From Spirogloea muscicola (Eukaryota): 64,000 bases of DNA. The stretch covers positions 373,427 to 437,426 of the forward strand of contig WELB01000016.1 in NCBI GenBank assembly GCA_009602725.1, read 5' to 3'. The notes beneath the pieces are model-generated. The model saw only the letters and a program-made list of their open reading frames with translations, had not been told where the DNA came from and did not search any database. The translations under genes and the position numbers were made by a program. This document shows positions 9,929-24,189 of this stretch, one piece after another; position 1 is the stretch's first letter, and the number at the start of each line of letters is the position of its first letter.

Positions 9929-12900
9929 ATGGGAGCCCGGGCGTCGCGGACGGCAGCGCCGCCGCCGCCGCCGGCGGCGGCGGCGGCGCGGGAGNCTCGG
10001 CCGGCGCCGAAAATGGCGGCCGCGGCGGCCGCAGCGCCGGCGGCGACGACGACGACGACGAGGACGTGGACCTCGAGAGGTATCCCGGCCAAGCCGCTGC
10101 CTCTTGGCGCAATCGCTTTCCCCTCAGCGAGCCCGGCGCGGAGAGCCCCCCCAGGGGCTGTCGTTACGGCGGCCTGCATCTTACAGGCCGTGTGTTTTAT
10201 GTCCGTCTGGCCCCTCAGCCTGGACTTCGCGCCCATCCACAACCGCGTCTTCGCGATGGAGGCCAAGCTCCACGGCCGGAGCCGCCACCTCCAAGGGTGC
10301 GTTCTCGGCCCATGCATCCCGTCCCTCGGCTATCCAGCATTGTCTCTATGCTAATTTAGCACCTTTGGCACTCCGGCAGACATATGCACTCTACACTGGC
10401 GTCCGAGCAGTAAAGAACCCCTGTGCATACGTCCCTACTTCAGAAGCAAGCAAGATAACAAGGACTGTACAGGCATTCCTCAGCCTGCTGAACTTGTTTG
10501 GGCCCTGCAGGTACACTAGCGCCACCGTAGCCAAGTGGACCTGCACGCTGTGCATTGGCCTTCTCACAGGTGACACTGCTTGCTGCCGCTGGCAGGCACA
10601 CTGCCACGTCTCAGCTAATTGGTGTGCACTGCACAGCACAGGTTTTGAGTCAATCCAGCTGCATGAGCCTTCAAAAGCTAGGCCTTGGTGTCCAGCCCAT
10701 TTGAAGTGTATCTGCTTGTTAGATGCCTTGCACTGACTGCTCGCTACATTCCAATCCAGGCCTCGTCTCCTTCGCGATTGAAGTGTTTGCTGAGGAAGTT
10801 CGCAACCAGAAGGTTGTTTCATCACCCCCCTGACTTGACCCACAGCCTTTGGGCTGTGCTTTTGGAAACTTAGCTCAATAGATCTGACTGCAAAGGCACT
10901 AGTTGAAGCTGGAAACACCTTGTTAGAACGTTGCTCATAGAGGAGACCTATCAGCTCTGAGGTTGCTCATTGAGGTTACTCATCAGCTCTGAGGCTGCTC
11001 ATGCAAGCAAGTCAGTCAAGAAACAGGAAGGCCTTCAGCACTGACGCCTGGCTATGTGGAACAAGACAGATGCGCTTTGCTCTTTCCCGTATCAATCTTG
11101 GAGCACCACTCGTCGCCTTCCTGGGATACGCCGCTTACGGCCTCGTCGTTGTGGGCATCATCAGCGCAGCGGTGAGGGGCTGACACACCTGTGTGAGGGT
11201 CTTTTCAGATCACAGCAACCCTCAGCACAGACGTTTACCCTGCATGTTAGGCCACGAGACATAACCAAGACGAGGTAGATGGCTCATCCTGAACTGTCTG
11301 TGAGCCTGCATCATTTGAGAGGGGGGCACTGCAGAGCAGCAATTGGACTCTTGACTAATTACTTGGTTGACAGCAGCCTCAGTCTCTCAGTCATAGATGG
11401 ACTAGTTACTACATGATGATCATCTGCGAGTGGGCTCGTAGGTCCTATATCTTGCACCAGCAGCTGCAGGTGGAGGCGTGACGCTTGTGATGGCCAACCT
11501 GAATGGCATTCACATTCCTTATTTGCTGAGCATTGACACCCTTATTACAAAGGTGAGCCCGCACCTGCAGGAGCCATGCCATGCACTGTCCTCTGGTGCA
11601 TTCACAACAGTCTTCTGAGATGCTGGCTGGTATCGTGTTGCATCCAGACATTTGGCGTGATGTTTGCTGTCACCACCGGCATGGCTGTGGGGCCAGAGGG
11701 GCCCTTAGTCCATATCGGCGCCGCAATTGCCAACAGGTTCACAGCCCTCTCTGCGCAAGCGCTCGCCCTTCCTTCGAATGACCAGCTGCTTACGGCCTCC
11801 AGCTCTTCAACCATTCATTCTGAGAACAGCATTGACAGCAGTAGCAACAGCAGCGGCCCATGTGGACAGGACACTGGCAGGCTCTTGGGATTGCCCTCCG
11901 AGCTTTTGATAAGTGAGCAGGCTTTGGAGGTTGGGGATGATCACAAGGGTCCAGTGAGTAGGCAGGACAAAGAGTTCTCATCGAGAGAAGCGGTCAAGTC
12001 AGAGCAGGCTGTTCAGAGAGGCTTTAAGGACACAGCACCTCGTCCGTCCCTGGCAATGTACTCCCTGGACACGAATGAGGAGGACGAGGACACTCTTCAA
12101 GATAACTACTTTGGCCGATTCGGCAAGTGGTTGCAGGCAGCTCGGATACCAATTGTAAGACATGAAACTAGGTACCCCGTGACAGGTGTTCATTGACAAT
12201 TTAATCATTGACGTTGATCTTCTAGACTGCCCTGTCAAGGTCTCAAAGAATCCATGCAGGTGACACCAGAAGCATTCTGACTGCTGCGTCCAATCTGCAG
12301 GAGTTTCACAATGACCTGGATCGACGAGAGTTCATTTCAGCTGGAGCTGCAGCAGGGTTCGGCCCCAAAGCCTGCTACATGCACTAGCTCTGACGCTATC
12401 TCGTGATGCCAGAAAAATGCCACATGCATGGCAGTTCCACTCTGGCAAAAGGCCCGTTGCCATGTGACAGTCTCTTACCAGGCATTGAAGCACGGGCCAT
12501 GCAATGGAGACATGTCGCGAGGCACAAAGTCAACACGGTAGTGCATTTTGCAGGGTGTCGGCAGCATTTGGATCACCCGTCGGAGGGGTTCTCTTTTCCA
12601 TGGAGGAAGCCTCATCATTCTGGTCAAGAAAGGTCTGTTGGGCTATGCATAAATTGCAGGCCACGCTCCATCTTTTTCATGTGGAAGCACCCTTCGTGTA
12701 ATTTACAGTGAACATTATGACATATTCAGTGAACATCATGATAACAGTCACCTGGTCATTGCTGACATGCCCCACAGTGCAGGTCATGTGGCGATCTTTA
12801 TTGTGTGCATCAGTTGCAACAGTCACGCTATCTCTTGTAAGGAGCAGGTGTGCCCCGTCGCTGTGTAATCTGCACCCATATTTAGTATTGCAAGGTTATG

Positions 12901-15900
12901 TCTCTGTGTGCACACAACACTTAGTACAACTGTGTACTGCATCATGGCATGTTTGACTGCTGCCCGCTGTACCTGATGATTCTGTAGCATGCACACTGCA
13001 GAAATTGGTCGCTATCACAAACTGGCCTTCTGTCCTTTCATAGCCTGAGGGTAATGTCCAACATAACAGAAACTGATCATCACGCCCTCCCTTTCGGCTT
13101 TTCTTTGAGAAACTGCTGATTTGCACTTGTCTTAGAAAGCGTCCAACTGGTGATGGCAAGGCGTTAGCAGCAGTGCTCTGAAGGTTGATCAACTATTGCT
13201 TTCTACTTAGCATCTACTGATTACTGCCTCTTGTAGATTGTCACAAGGCACAAGGCACTTGCAGATAGCTCTGCAGTGCCAGCTGGCGAAGTAGCTATTA
13301 CAATCGTCCTGACACAGCAGCCTCTGATCATCTATGAGCAACAGCCAAAGCTTGCGATCTCGGATATGCCCTTCTTCATGTTGACGGCAGCTGTGGTGGG
13401 CATTCTGGGGGCGCTCTTCAACATCGTCCACGGGCACCTTTCCAAGTTGCGCGTGCCTTCGACGAAAAGGCTTCTCAGGTCTTAATGCTGGCCACCAAGA
13501 CGGAAGATTGCTTACAGTGAAGGAGATCAAGTGTCAAAGTTAAAAGGTTGCTTACGGCAGGAGTAACAACCTCAGGACTAAAGTGCAGTCTGCCATGAAG
13601 CCAACCTCATGTCAATGCAGACGCAAAAGTGCACGCGGTTCCTCAACTCTAACCTCCTCTTATTGTCTTCCTCTTGTGGCAGAGTGGCAGAATCATGTGT
13701 GATTGTGGTGATATCAGTCACTTTCATCTTTGCTCTGCCTGCCCTCTTTGGCCGCTGCCTTCCTCAGCCCGAGGAATGGTAAGGTAAATTCTAGGCCCTT
13801 CTGGTGAAGTAGTTGTCTACTAAGTGGGAAGAGTGCTAACCTGCATGACCTACATATCTACGAGTTTCAAGTAGTCAGGAAATGGATTGGCACCTCCAGT
13901 ATGTCAGCAGCTGAATTCAGCTTTCCTATCTCTGAAGTGCTCAATGTTTCCACATTATTGGTCAATGATAACTGTCAACGAACGTTAAAAGGCAAACTAC
14001 TAGACTTCATATAAGAGTGGTTGTGCAAGGAAGTAGCAAACTATCGCTTTCCAACATTAGCACGGCCTTTGTTCAGGCGTAAAGATGAAGACTATGGCTT
14101 CCAGTATCTTTGTGCACAGCCAGGAAACGATGTCAAGCAATATAACGATTTGGCTTCTCTGTTCTTCTCTGTACCTGACCAGGTGAGCTGTTCAAGCTGG
14201 TCCTGGTGCATACTTCGGCATGCTTATGACATCTTAAGGGACACTCTGCATTTCTTGTTTTCCAGATCATGTGAAATCACCTTAACCTATGAACGCAGAG
14301 TAGAACATTTTGTAGCAATGTACTACCATACCAAAGCAGATCTGGGAATGCACAGCTTCAGTAGATCACTGCATTTACTTTCTTCACTTGGGGGTGGCTT
14401 GTGCTGTGGCTTGCATCACTGATGATTATGTGCGAGTGAAATGTCTTGTGTGCTGCAGTCCATCCGGAAGCTTTTCAGAATGGAGAGTGGCAAGTCTCCT
14501 CCATTTACACGGAAGAGCTTGACCGTCTTCACATGTGGTTACCTCGTGCTCTTCCAGATGGCTTACGGAGCAGCCATGCCCGGAGGCCTCTTTATGCCGT
14601 CTATGATGGTCAGTGGGCTACGACCCTCCAAAGTGCTTCTTGATGCACATCCGCATTGCCGTGTCATCATGTGTGAGCAGCTGTTGGCGTAAGATGATTA
14701 CTTGATTGACATGCTGAATGGCTACTGCGAGGTTTGTGTGCCTTTGGTACAGGTGGGAGCAACATTCGGTGGCCTTATTGGTGTCCTACTAGACGAGCTA
14801 TTCCCCAGGTGGACCCCATACTTCTACAGCCTTCCTAGCTTGTTTCTTCACTGCCTCTCTCTGTCTATCCACACTTATTGCTCTGCATCCTGCTCACTCA
14901 GAAGGAAAGGGCCCATAACTTGAGCTGGAATGCAAATGTGACTAACTCAAGTGAATTGTGCAGCTGGAAAATTGAGCCTGGCCATCATGCGCTGGTGGGA
15001 GCCACAGCCATGCTTGGTGGCGTGTTCCGCGGTTCCATCTCCCTGGTTGCAATTTGCCCTTTCCTGTTCATGTCAGCATGTCAACGTTGTGGCACCCTTG
15101 CATGCGAGTGCTTGCTGAACGGACTTTCTTAGTTGCCCATCTGAGTCTAGCAAAGATGTTTTCAACATTCAGGTGTGCAACATCTGGAGCTGAGCTGCCT
15201 GACCTGACTGTGCTAATCCCACCTCTGGCGCACAGGTGGTGATTATGGTGGAGGGGACTGGTGGTATTGACTTCATCCTCCCCATCATTGTTGCCGTCGT
15301 CATGTCCAATTATGCTGCGCATCACTTCATGTCGGCCGGAGCTTATGAGGATGACCTTGAGAGGCTAGGTCAGCAGCCATTGTTTGTCAATAGCCAAACG
15401 AGGTGCCAAAAGTATTTGACGATACTCGGAGACTTGCTTGCTGACTTCTGTGTAGCCTATCTAGTTCAATATACACATCAATGGTGTTGGCACCTTGATG
15501 AGTTGTGCCTGCTGTTGTTTACATATATGTGCAGGCCATGTCAACTTTCTTCACAGTGAGCCGCCGCATGCAATGGCCAATCGAACAGCCGAAGATATCA
15601 TGTCCAGTAACCCCATTGGCTTTGGGATGGTAGGTATCAGCTGACTGCTGGCTGCATGTCTCTGATGCTTCGCCATTACAATGCTCAAGAAGTAAGTCGA
15701 TGCGGACTTCCTACATCATAGACTGTCAAGGGACAGCGACTGCCACTATCCTCTGTCCCATCATTGGATTTTCTCCAAGACATCCTGATCACTTGCAGTT
15801 GCTTCAGTTGTGTGTAGTCATAGCAGTTACCTGGCTGTTGGTCAATCAGGTAGTCAAGGTGAAGGAGGTCCTGCAAGTGCTGAAGCGTACCAGGCACAAT

Positions 15901-17384
15901 GGATTCCCTATCTATGCAGGAATTGATCCCAGCAAGCGTAAGTCCCCTTCATGACACCTCCAAGTGTCATTTGCTTCCTCAGTATAGAAACCCCGCAGCT
16001 GTCAATTGATAAGGTGCTTATAGCTCATGGGCTGAGGCAGTCATCGAAAGTTTCTTGTATGTGGTCACGATCTCATCAAGGGCCACAACGGGCACCACCA
16101 TCGCCTCATCTACTGCAGCTAGGGAGAACCGCAACCTCATCGGCCTCATCCTGAGATCGCAGCTGCTCCTGCTCCTGGAGCAGCACTCCTTTGTCTCCTT
16201 CCACGACACCATTCGACCTATTTCACTTAGCCGCTTCCACAAATCACAGCCAAGCCTGCGTGTGCCCGTCACGAGGAGGCAGGTCCTGCTGGAGAGAGCC
16301 ATGCGCGTCTATCACCTCTTCCACAACCCTTACTCTCGCCACTTGTCTTCTCAGGTCTGTTGGACTTGTACGTGTTCCAGGATTTGCTGGAAGACCTGAA
16401 CAAGCTGTGGCTGACATTTGAGTCGTGACTAGTGTTGCTGTGCTGCAAAGTGTGTTGAGTCAGGCACAACGTATGCAGGCACCATCATTGGTGGAGATGG
16501 GCTGGTCAGACTACAGGCTGGAAGTTTCTACTGATCAGTAGTCCAGCTGCTACTGTCTGCATGCAGCCCTCATCTGTTGATAAGTTGAGACTTCAGTGGA
16601 TAGAAGAAGGCCATGATGGAGGCCAAGACATTAGTGTTGCTCACAATGGGGGTGAGGTTGAGAGCAGCAATAAGCAACATGACCAGCTTCCAGGCAGCCA
16701 AAAGTACACAGATATTAACGACACCGCACTCGACCTACGGCCGTACATGAATCACGCTCCCCTTGCCGTCAGTTGCAGACCCAAATAAACTCAGATGTTG
16801 CACTAACTCTGACTTGAGCATGGGGTGACATGTTGACATGCGTCCTCCGTCAACAGCTGTATTCCAAGCTACGGCTGCACGACCAAGTGCCACGGAGAGC
16901 CCTGGTTGCGTCTTGTTTGGGAGTTGCTAAGGAGCAGGTCTTGCCTGCTCACATCACAGACTTCTTCTAACAGCAGCTTTGTTGGCAGGTGAGGAAGGAG
17001 TGCTCAGCACACAGAGCCTATGTCATCTTTAGGAACCTTGGATTACGGCATCTGCCTGTTGTCGACTCAGAGGGAAGGTGTGTATGATGCTTCAAGGCTA
17101 CATGCAAAGACTGGCATGGCATCCTGGTTTGCAGCCCAGCTCTGGAAGTCACAACTGCATGCGCATGCTACTCACACTGAGACCGCGGCTCCAATGTCTG
17201 GTTGCTCCTGGCTTTGTATTATGACAGGGTTGTAGGTATCATTACAAGGAAGGACCTGGCTGTTGCAGCCAAGAAGGCACATGGCGCCCCGCAAATGGAG
17301 CCGGCCAGCATGGCCACTTTCGGGAGCAATATCCGGGACCTTGGCTACGGCAGCTTCAAGGATGTGCTTTTTTCGCTGCCATAG
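9929..17384 (+). CDS. CLC: CLC-family chloride/anion channel-transporter with C-terminal CBS domains; multi-exon
   Basis: Spliced exons give [112 protein letters not shown]. Start is uncertain because of the N at 9995. Confidence 0.93.
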
Positions 17385-17699
17385 GTGCTCCATGCATCAT
17401 GATCTTTGAGCCACCTGGTACGGGCCTTGGACACGGCCCAGTGATCCCCTTGGAGCAAGCCAGCCCTCCTGCTGCCTTGCATACAAAGCCCGTCCCAGGC
17501 GCACACCTGACCTTGCAGCAAGCAAGTCTGATGCTCGCCAAAGTAGACCAACTTGTGTCTGCTAGTACGCAACTCCTACTACACAGATGCCTTACCTGGC
17601 CCAAAATGCCAGTTCTATTATGGAGACTTGACAACCAATATGTACAACGATCACAACGGTGACCTCGGCAGTCGTGCAGGCATGCAGGTACTTGGACCG

Positions 17700-18451
17700 T
17701 CAGGTGTCTAGGTAGTTGGCAGCCATGAGCACCTCCAGGACAATCTCAGGGTCCATCTTGAACTCTGGCATGCTCTTCTGGCTGCGCAGTACACCCATTA
17801 CGTCATCATGCACCACACATGAAGAAGCTGTGCAGATGCACGTGTCAACACAGTGAGCGACGTGGAAGCAAGAGCAAGCCTTGACAAGTCTGACACCCTC
17901 TGCATTGGTAGAGACACAGACGTCCTGCCCGACCGTACGGGCAGGATCCACAGCAAGGCCAGCCCAAGAAGAGCATACGCGGGTGACATTAGAGACATTA
18001 TAGGAGAGAGTGCTCGGCATGGGACAGCCTCTGTCGGGAGCGCCTTGTTGGTGCTGGGCCTGCCAATGGCACTCACTTGGCTGGGTCGCTGTACCGCAGC
18101 TTGTAGTAAAAGTACTCGCAGACCTTCTCCAGGACGGGCGTGCTGATGTCGGGGAACCGAACCTCCCCGCTGCTCGTCTCCTGGAACCCGCCTGCGCAAG
18201 CCCGGCAGCCGGCAGCCGGCAGCGTTCAGGCCCGCGGCGGCCGCGAAGCGGCGGCCAGGGAGGAGCGAGAGAGGAGGGGAGGCCGAGGGGGCACCCGAGG
18301 AGCTGAGCATGTTGTGGAGCGTGTTGGAGACCATGGCGGCGCGGCGCGAGACCACGAACTCGAACCCCTCCGCGCTGATCAGCTTCACCCACTCCTCCTT
18401 CCCGCCGCCGCCGCCGTCGCCGCCGCGATCGCCGTCCTCCTCCGCGGCCAT
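17700..18451 (-). CDS. ELOC: Elongin C (Skp1/BTB family), 3 exons
   Basis: VKLISAEGFEFVV..AAMVSNTLHNML; EVRFPDISTPVLEKVCEYFYYK; PEFKMDPEIVLEVLMAANYLDT*. Confidence 0.93.
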
Positions 18452-18538
18452 GGCGCTCCTCCTCCGCGGACACGGCGGCCGCGGCGGCTGCACTGCACGA
18501 CCACCAACTAGACGTCTCCCGCTCGTGAGCTCCTGGAA

Positions 18539-19512
18539 GAATGGAGTGTGTATTGAGTGATGAAGGGGCCTGAGTGGCCAAGTACAATGGCAAGCACATC
18601 AACAGATGCACATCACCTGCTGCTAAGCTGACCCGCTCAGTGACCACGAGTCAGCACGTAGTGGTCGTTAATTGGCAGGTGAGGGAGCCAGGCGGGGAGT
18701 CGACGGCACAGGCGCCCGCGCCCTCGCCGCGCGCGCCGCCGAAGCCGCGCCGCCGCCGGCGCCGCTTGGCGCCGCCTGGCGCGGCGGTGCGAGGTCGGGA
18801 GTTGTGGGAGCTTGACCAGCTGTGTGCACCTACCTGGCTGGCTTTTGATTTCAGCAGCATCATTCGCCTTCTCTGACCAGCAGGCCGGTCGTTCGAGCGC
18901 CAATCTGGGTGGCAGTGAGCTGCGCTGCACGTCATAATGGGTCCAACCAGCGGCTGCCCACTAAGGAAAGCATTGACAGAGGTTCGAAGGGGCCAGCGGG
19001 GGGTAAGAAGAAAGTGCTCGCCCTGACCCTGAACTGGACAACTGAGCACCCAGTGGCCGCATGAGTCGCTGTGTGCTTCAGCGCTTTTTCCTGGCCCCAT
19101 TGAGTGTCGCTCGTTCCCCCATCTGGGCTGGCCATTCACAGTTTGTTTCATCACCCACTCCTGGAAAGAGTACCTTGTCCTTCGTTAGCCGCTCCCAAAC
19201 CTTCCTAACGCGCTGGCTCGGAAAACCCCCCCGGGCCATCCACGCGGCCGCCGCCGCCGCCGCCGCCGCCGATGGCGCCTTCGGCGGCGCAGTGGAGCTG
19301 GCGGCGGCCCGGCGGCGGCATAGGGCCTCGTCTTATGTAGCCTTCGTCTTTTGCACTAATTCTGCCTGAACAAATCATTGGCTTTGAATTGGCCTCTCTT
19401 TCATTTCATGCGCACCTTCTCTCCCTGGCTTTGGGCGCGCGCAGCACGCTGCCGCATGGCTAGAGCCTAGGAAACGCTGCAGAGTAAGCGAGAGCCGCAT
19501 TCTGCAGTAATC
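18539..19512. mobile_element. CRE-like 3' end fragments between divergent elongin C and ALMT
   Basis: VLTRGH* plus subfamily-G-like UTR (18539-18665), A-type UTR pieces (about 18960-19025), E-type UTR (19320-19425) and an RMRLSLTLQR fragment (19430-19510, minus). Confidence 0.7.
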
Positions 19513-19729
19513 TTGGAGGCGGCAGCAGGGGCAGGCCAGGCCACGTCGGGGCCCCGTCCCGTCTCGCCCCACCAGCAACACCGTCGTTCCGACACGAGGG
19601 GAGGCGCTCACCAGCCGCCCCGTTGCCTGGTCCCGATTCGAAACCGCCTGGCGCGCGCGCTCCTCCGCCTTCTTCCCGCCTCGCCTGCCCGCCCCCCCCG
19701 CCGCCGCGGCCGTCGCCGCCGCCGCCAGG

Positions 19730-22700
19730 GGCCTGCCGGCGGTGCTGTCCAAGCTCGCCGGCGCGCTGGCGATGCTCCGGTCCCAGATTGCGACCAACCG
19801 CAACCTCGCCACCCTGTCAGCCAAGCAAGGTATTTCGCGCCCGTCCCGTTCGCCACATTCTTCGGCCGTCAGCCTCTGCTTGTGGGTCAGTGGCTTGGCA
19901 AGTGCAGCAAGTGGCAGCCAGCAGCTTGGCAAAGGCATGCAGCACCTGGAGCATTTGCGGGCTCTAGCTGAGCACTCGGCTGGTCAGTTGGGGAGCTGAC
20001 GGGACGAGCTCGGTTGCCGGTGCTCCTTCGTGCTGTCGCCGCCAGGCATCGCCGGCGGGCTCGCTGCCACGCTGTGCATCACGAAGCTACCGCATCCCTA
20101 CGACGTCTTCTCCAAGGTGGGGCTTTGGATGCTCATCACCATCGACATTCTGTACGAGGCGAACATCGGCCTCTCCCTCTCCAAGGGCTTCAACCGCATC
20201 GTTGGGACATTCTCTGCAGGGTCGCTGGCCCTTGCCATTGATCAGGTTGGCCCCATGCTGGGCTGGTACTATGCGCCCTTTGTGGTAAGTGCTGTAGAGC
20301 CGGTGGTGGCACCTTGCAACAACGCTTCTTGTTGCATGCAAGCTGGTCGACCTGCTGGTTGATAAGCCTGCCGAAATTGCAGGAGCTGTTCTGCGGTCAT
20401 GACCGGAGTCAGGCTGGTCACACTTGCTCGTCTTGTCGCTGCCGTTGACTCTGTCGCACGGAGCTGTACATCTCGACGTTGTCTATGTAATTATCCCATC
20501 GCTGACTTGTATCTTTGAATCGTCCAGGGTCTGTCTCAGTCAGGCATTTCTTTAGCATACCCTGCATGATCTGCCGTGCTCTGTGCGTCCAGGTGCTGTG
20601 CGTAGTTGTTGGCGGCGCAGGCTTCCGCTTCATCAAGGGCCTCCCTGGAATCAAGGAGCAGTGGGGCTACTCGCTCACCGTCGCAACTATCTGCTTCCAC
20701 ATCCTGATTGTCACAGGCTACCGAACATCTGAGCGCCTTGTCCTCCCGCTTCTCCGCTTCTCCATGATTGTCCTCGGTGCATGCCTGGCTGTTCTCATCA
20801 ATCTGAGCATCCGCCCCACATTTGCGGGCGACTCGCTCCACAAGCTCGTCTCAAAGAACTTCGAGACAGCCGCTGTTGTCCTCCAGAGGTACACTCCCTT
20901 GTCCTCCCCTTGCACGATGATCACTTTGCTTGGCACAGCAAGCGTGGGGTCTGTGTTTCTTTTGCTTGTAGTCTGTGGTGGAGTTTCTTCCAACCAGGCA
21001 CAGGGTTGTCCTACTGGGCGGTGGAGCTCTAGCTACCTGTGCCTGACAGTGACAAGCATGGCGAAACGCAGGTGTGTGGACGAGTATGTTGCTGGGCACG
21101 AGCTCGACCATGTGCCTGACATCAAGAGCGGGAGATTTGAGGATGACAAAATTCACCAGAGCTACAATGAAGTTCTGATGTCAGACTCTGAGGTTGACAA
21201 GCTGGTAAGACTCATTGCTCTTCTTTTTCTGCTGGAGTACGTCATTGAAGCATGGTGCAAAGTGGCCTGAGCAGACACCCTCAGATATTTGAGTATCATA
21301 CTATTGCTATATAAACATGCAAGAAGCAATGTGTGGGATAACATGGCCTCGGAATAATGTTAATTTGTTGTGTTGATATGCACCTGGATCAGAACCGGTG
21401 GCATTCTTGCACTTACATTGGCCTATAACTCTGAGTATTGTCAATGGAAGAACTGCTATCTTGACCATTTCCTGATGCTGACATTAGGTAAGTATGCCTA
21501 ATGGTTATTTATGCAGCTGGCAGCTGTGCGGTGGGAGCCCTGTCACGGCAAATTCTTCCCAGGGTACCCATGGCACCTTTATGATGACGTGCATGACAAC
21601 CTGCGCTACGTTCTCTACGATGTCATTGCCCTCGATGGCTGCCTGAGGGCAGAGATACAGGCTCCTAAATTTCTGAGAGATCTCTTTGCGCAGGTTGTTT
21701 ACTATCCCGTCAAGCGTGACCGCTCACTCGAGCAAGCTGGTCTGGTTGTGTGTAATGCAGAAGATGTTGAAGGACCTGAAGTGTTGCGTGCATGGGGTAC
21801 TTTGAGATGCTGAGGTTCTCGGGCTACCTGTGTTGTCCTTGTCCTTATGCCTTTTTCTGGTTGCAGGATATGATGACAATCAGCAACGAGTGCGCCAAGG
21901 TGCTGCGAATCCTTGGGGACAGCATTTGCAAGATGCAGCAGTTTGTGGCGAGAGACAGCGTGCAACGGATGGAGGAGGCATCTCTCTTGTTGCAGCACAA
22001 GGTGTACATTCATACGCACCGCCTCTTGGGCAAGGGGGCGCAGAAATCGCCCCGCTACTCGCTGTATGCGTCGCTGTCGAACATTCCTGATGGCCGACTG
22101 AGGCAAGTGGAGGACACGGACTGCAGTGACAGCAGCGGCGCAGCGGCTAACGGCGAGGTGGCACAGCTGAGCAGCAGCGTGAAGAGCGAGGAGGATGTGT
22201 GGCCGGTAGATGCGGAGCACTGCATGGATCCAAGGAGGGGGGAGCTGCGGACAGCTGAGCAGGTTGCAGAGAGCACCAGTGTTGTGCGCTGCAGCGAAGA
22301 TGCTCGGGATGGTGAATGTTGGCCGGACGTGGATGGCAAGCGGGTACCGTCAGAGCCGCAACGAGATTCCATGGCTGCTGTAGTAAGGGCAGGGGGAGAG
22401 GATGAGCCGGGTGTACGAACAGATGTCCAGAGTCCACCTAGTGAGGCGCCATTGCCTGAGGCACGGCGCAAGTCATCGCTGAAGAAGCCTGGTCAGCTGC
22501 AGGCTGGCCCCAGGAAGCACGTGACCACCCCAACAGAGGGGCCAAAAAGTATGGCAGAGGTTTGGGACTCTTTGGCGCAGCGCACGGCTTCAAAGTCGAG
22601 CATGTCTGCGCCTCCAACATCAGCCAGCGCTGCTGGTGTACCTAAGTATGTCGGCAACATCATGGGCACGCTGGTGGAGGGTCCAGAGTCGCCGGGCTCC

Positions 22701-23420
22701 CTGGAGGGGCCCCTGCACTGCACCACGGGTGTGGAGGATGATATGGCAAAAGGCGCAAGTAGTGGCCAGCTCAGCCGGCTTGGCGACGTCAGCTGCAGTG
22801 CACAATCGCAGGACGAGCTTAGAAGGGAAGCAAGCAGTAGAGCCTTGCAGCGGGAGGAGAGTGGGAGGACGCTGTCGGAAGTTGCAGAGGATGTTGTAGT
22901 TGACGTGAGCTCTGGCACGAAGCCTGAAGCAGTGTGGGAGTGGGATGCGTATCTTGCTTCACATCCAAAGCCATACCGCACAATGCAACCGACCCAATGG
23001 CAGGCCAGCTTCTTGCAGGTATGGTGCAGCCAGTCACCCCTTTAAGTTTGGTACTTGCTGACTGTTGGCTCATGCAACGTACCTCAGACTTTATAAGCTA
23101 AATTTTTCTGAAATCTGAGGGAGAACTTGCCAATGGTAGCAGTTCACTTGGTTGTTGCCTCCTTCTCATGCCGGCAGTGCCTGCAACTTGGGAATATGTA
23201 AATGACTTGTGTGCCTGTTGGCTGCAACAAATAGAGGCGCAATAGCTTGGGAAGAAATTGGGAGGGCAGCATCGAGCGCATCTCGGCACTCTCGCTTGTA
23301 AAGTTTGCGTCCCTGCTTATTGAGCTTGTGGCGAAGATGAAATTTGTGGTGGCCTGCGTTGAAGATCTCAGCTGGCATGCCAACTTCTCAGTCAAGGCCG
23401 CGACAACAGTAGAAGTATGA
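19730..23420 (+). CDS. ALMT: Aluminium-activated malate transporter (ALMT); 5' end uncertain
   Basis: LWMLITIDILYEANIGLSLSKGFNRIVGT, RFSMIVLG, IRPTFAGDSLH, RWEPCHGKF..YPW, ALDGCLRAEIQAP, SALSLVKFASLLIELVAK..VEDL; stop at 23418-23420. Confidence 0.92.
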
Positions 23421-24189
23421 CCGGACCCTTAGTCTCGGGCTGCATGTGTCTAGAGGGCAAATGTAGTGCACGATCTAAACACATACATTACTGAACCTGC
23501 TGCGGACCTCCCGCTCCAGGTACACGCAGTGGACAACCCACACTCTTTTCAGACATTGTCCATTGTAATTTACTTCCATCTTGAAAGCCTGAACACATCA
23601 GTACAGCATTATTGACGGTTTGGGCAGCAGTCCTTAGTAACTTCGTGCAGTCGCTCTTGAGGTCACCACGTTCTACCACATCCATGAATAATGAGATTGC
23701 TGAATGCCTCGTGAGGCGGCTGGCCGGGCAAAGGTTCTGTGAGAGAGAGCACAACGCACCGAGATGTGGCAGGCTGTATCTTGCAGATTCTGTGCTCGAG
23801 TTGGCCAAAGCAAAACCGCTGCGTAATGGGCAGTAGCTTCTTATCACCTTGCAGTGAATGGCGGAGTGGGTGGTATCGAGCATGCCCTTAACAACTGATG
23901 CGCTACACCTGGCATTATTGGTACTCAAGCTCAGAATGTCGCAACTCTGGCTGCCTACCCCTCAAGCCCCACGTATCACCATGCCTCAATCCCCACGTAT
24001 CATCTTGGCCCATTCCTGTCCACCTACATCTTGCTGGCTCCTTACAGCCACCCTCTGTGCTGGGAGCCCACTTTCACACGGGGAGAGGCTACTCGTACAA
24101 CTCCCCAAACCACAGGAAGCCTGCCCTGACTCGACTGAGCCTGACGAAGCGGTCACACTCTAACCCCGTAGAACTGAAACATAATCATG

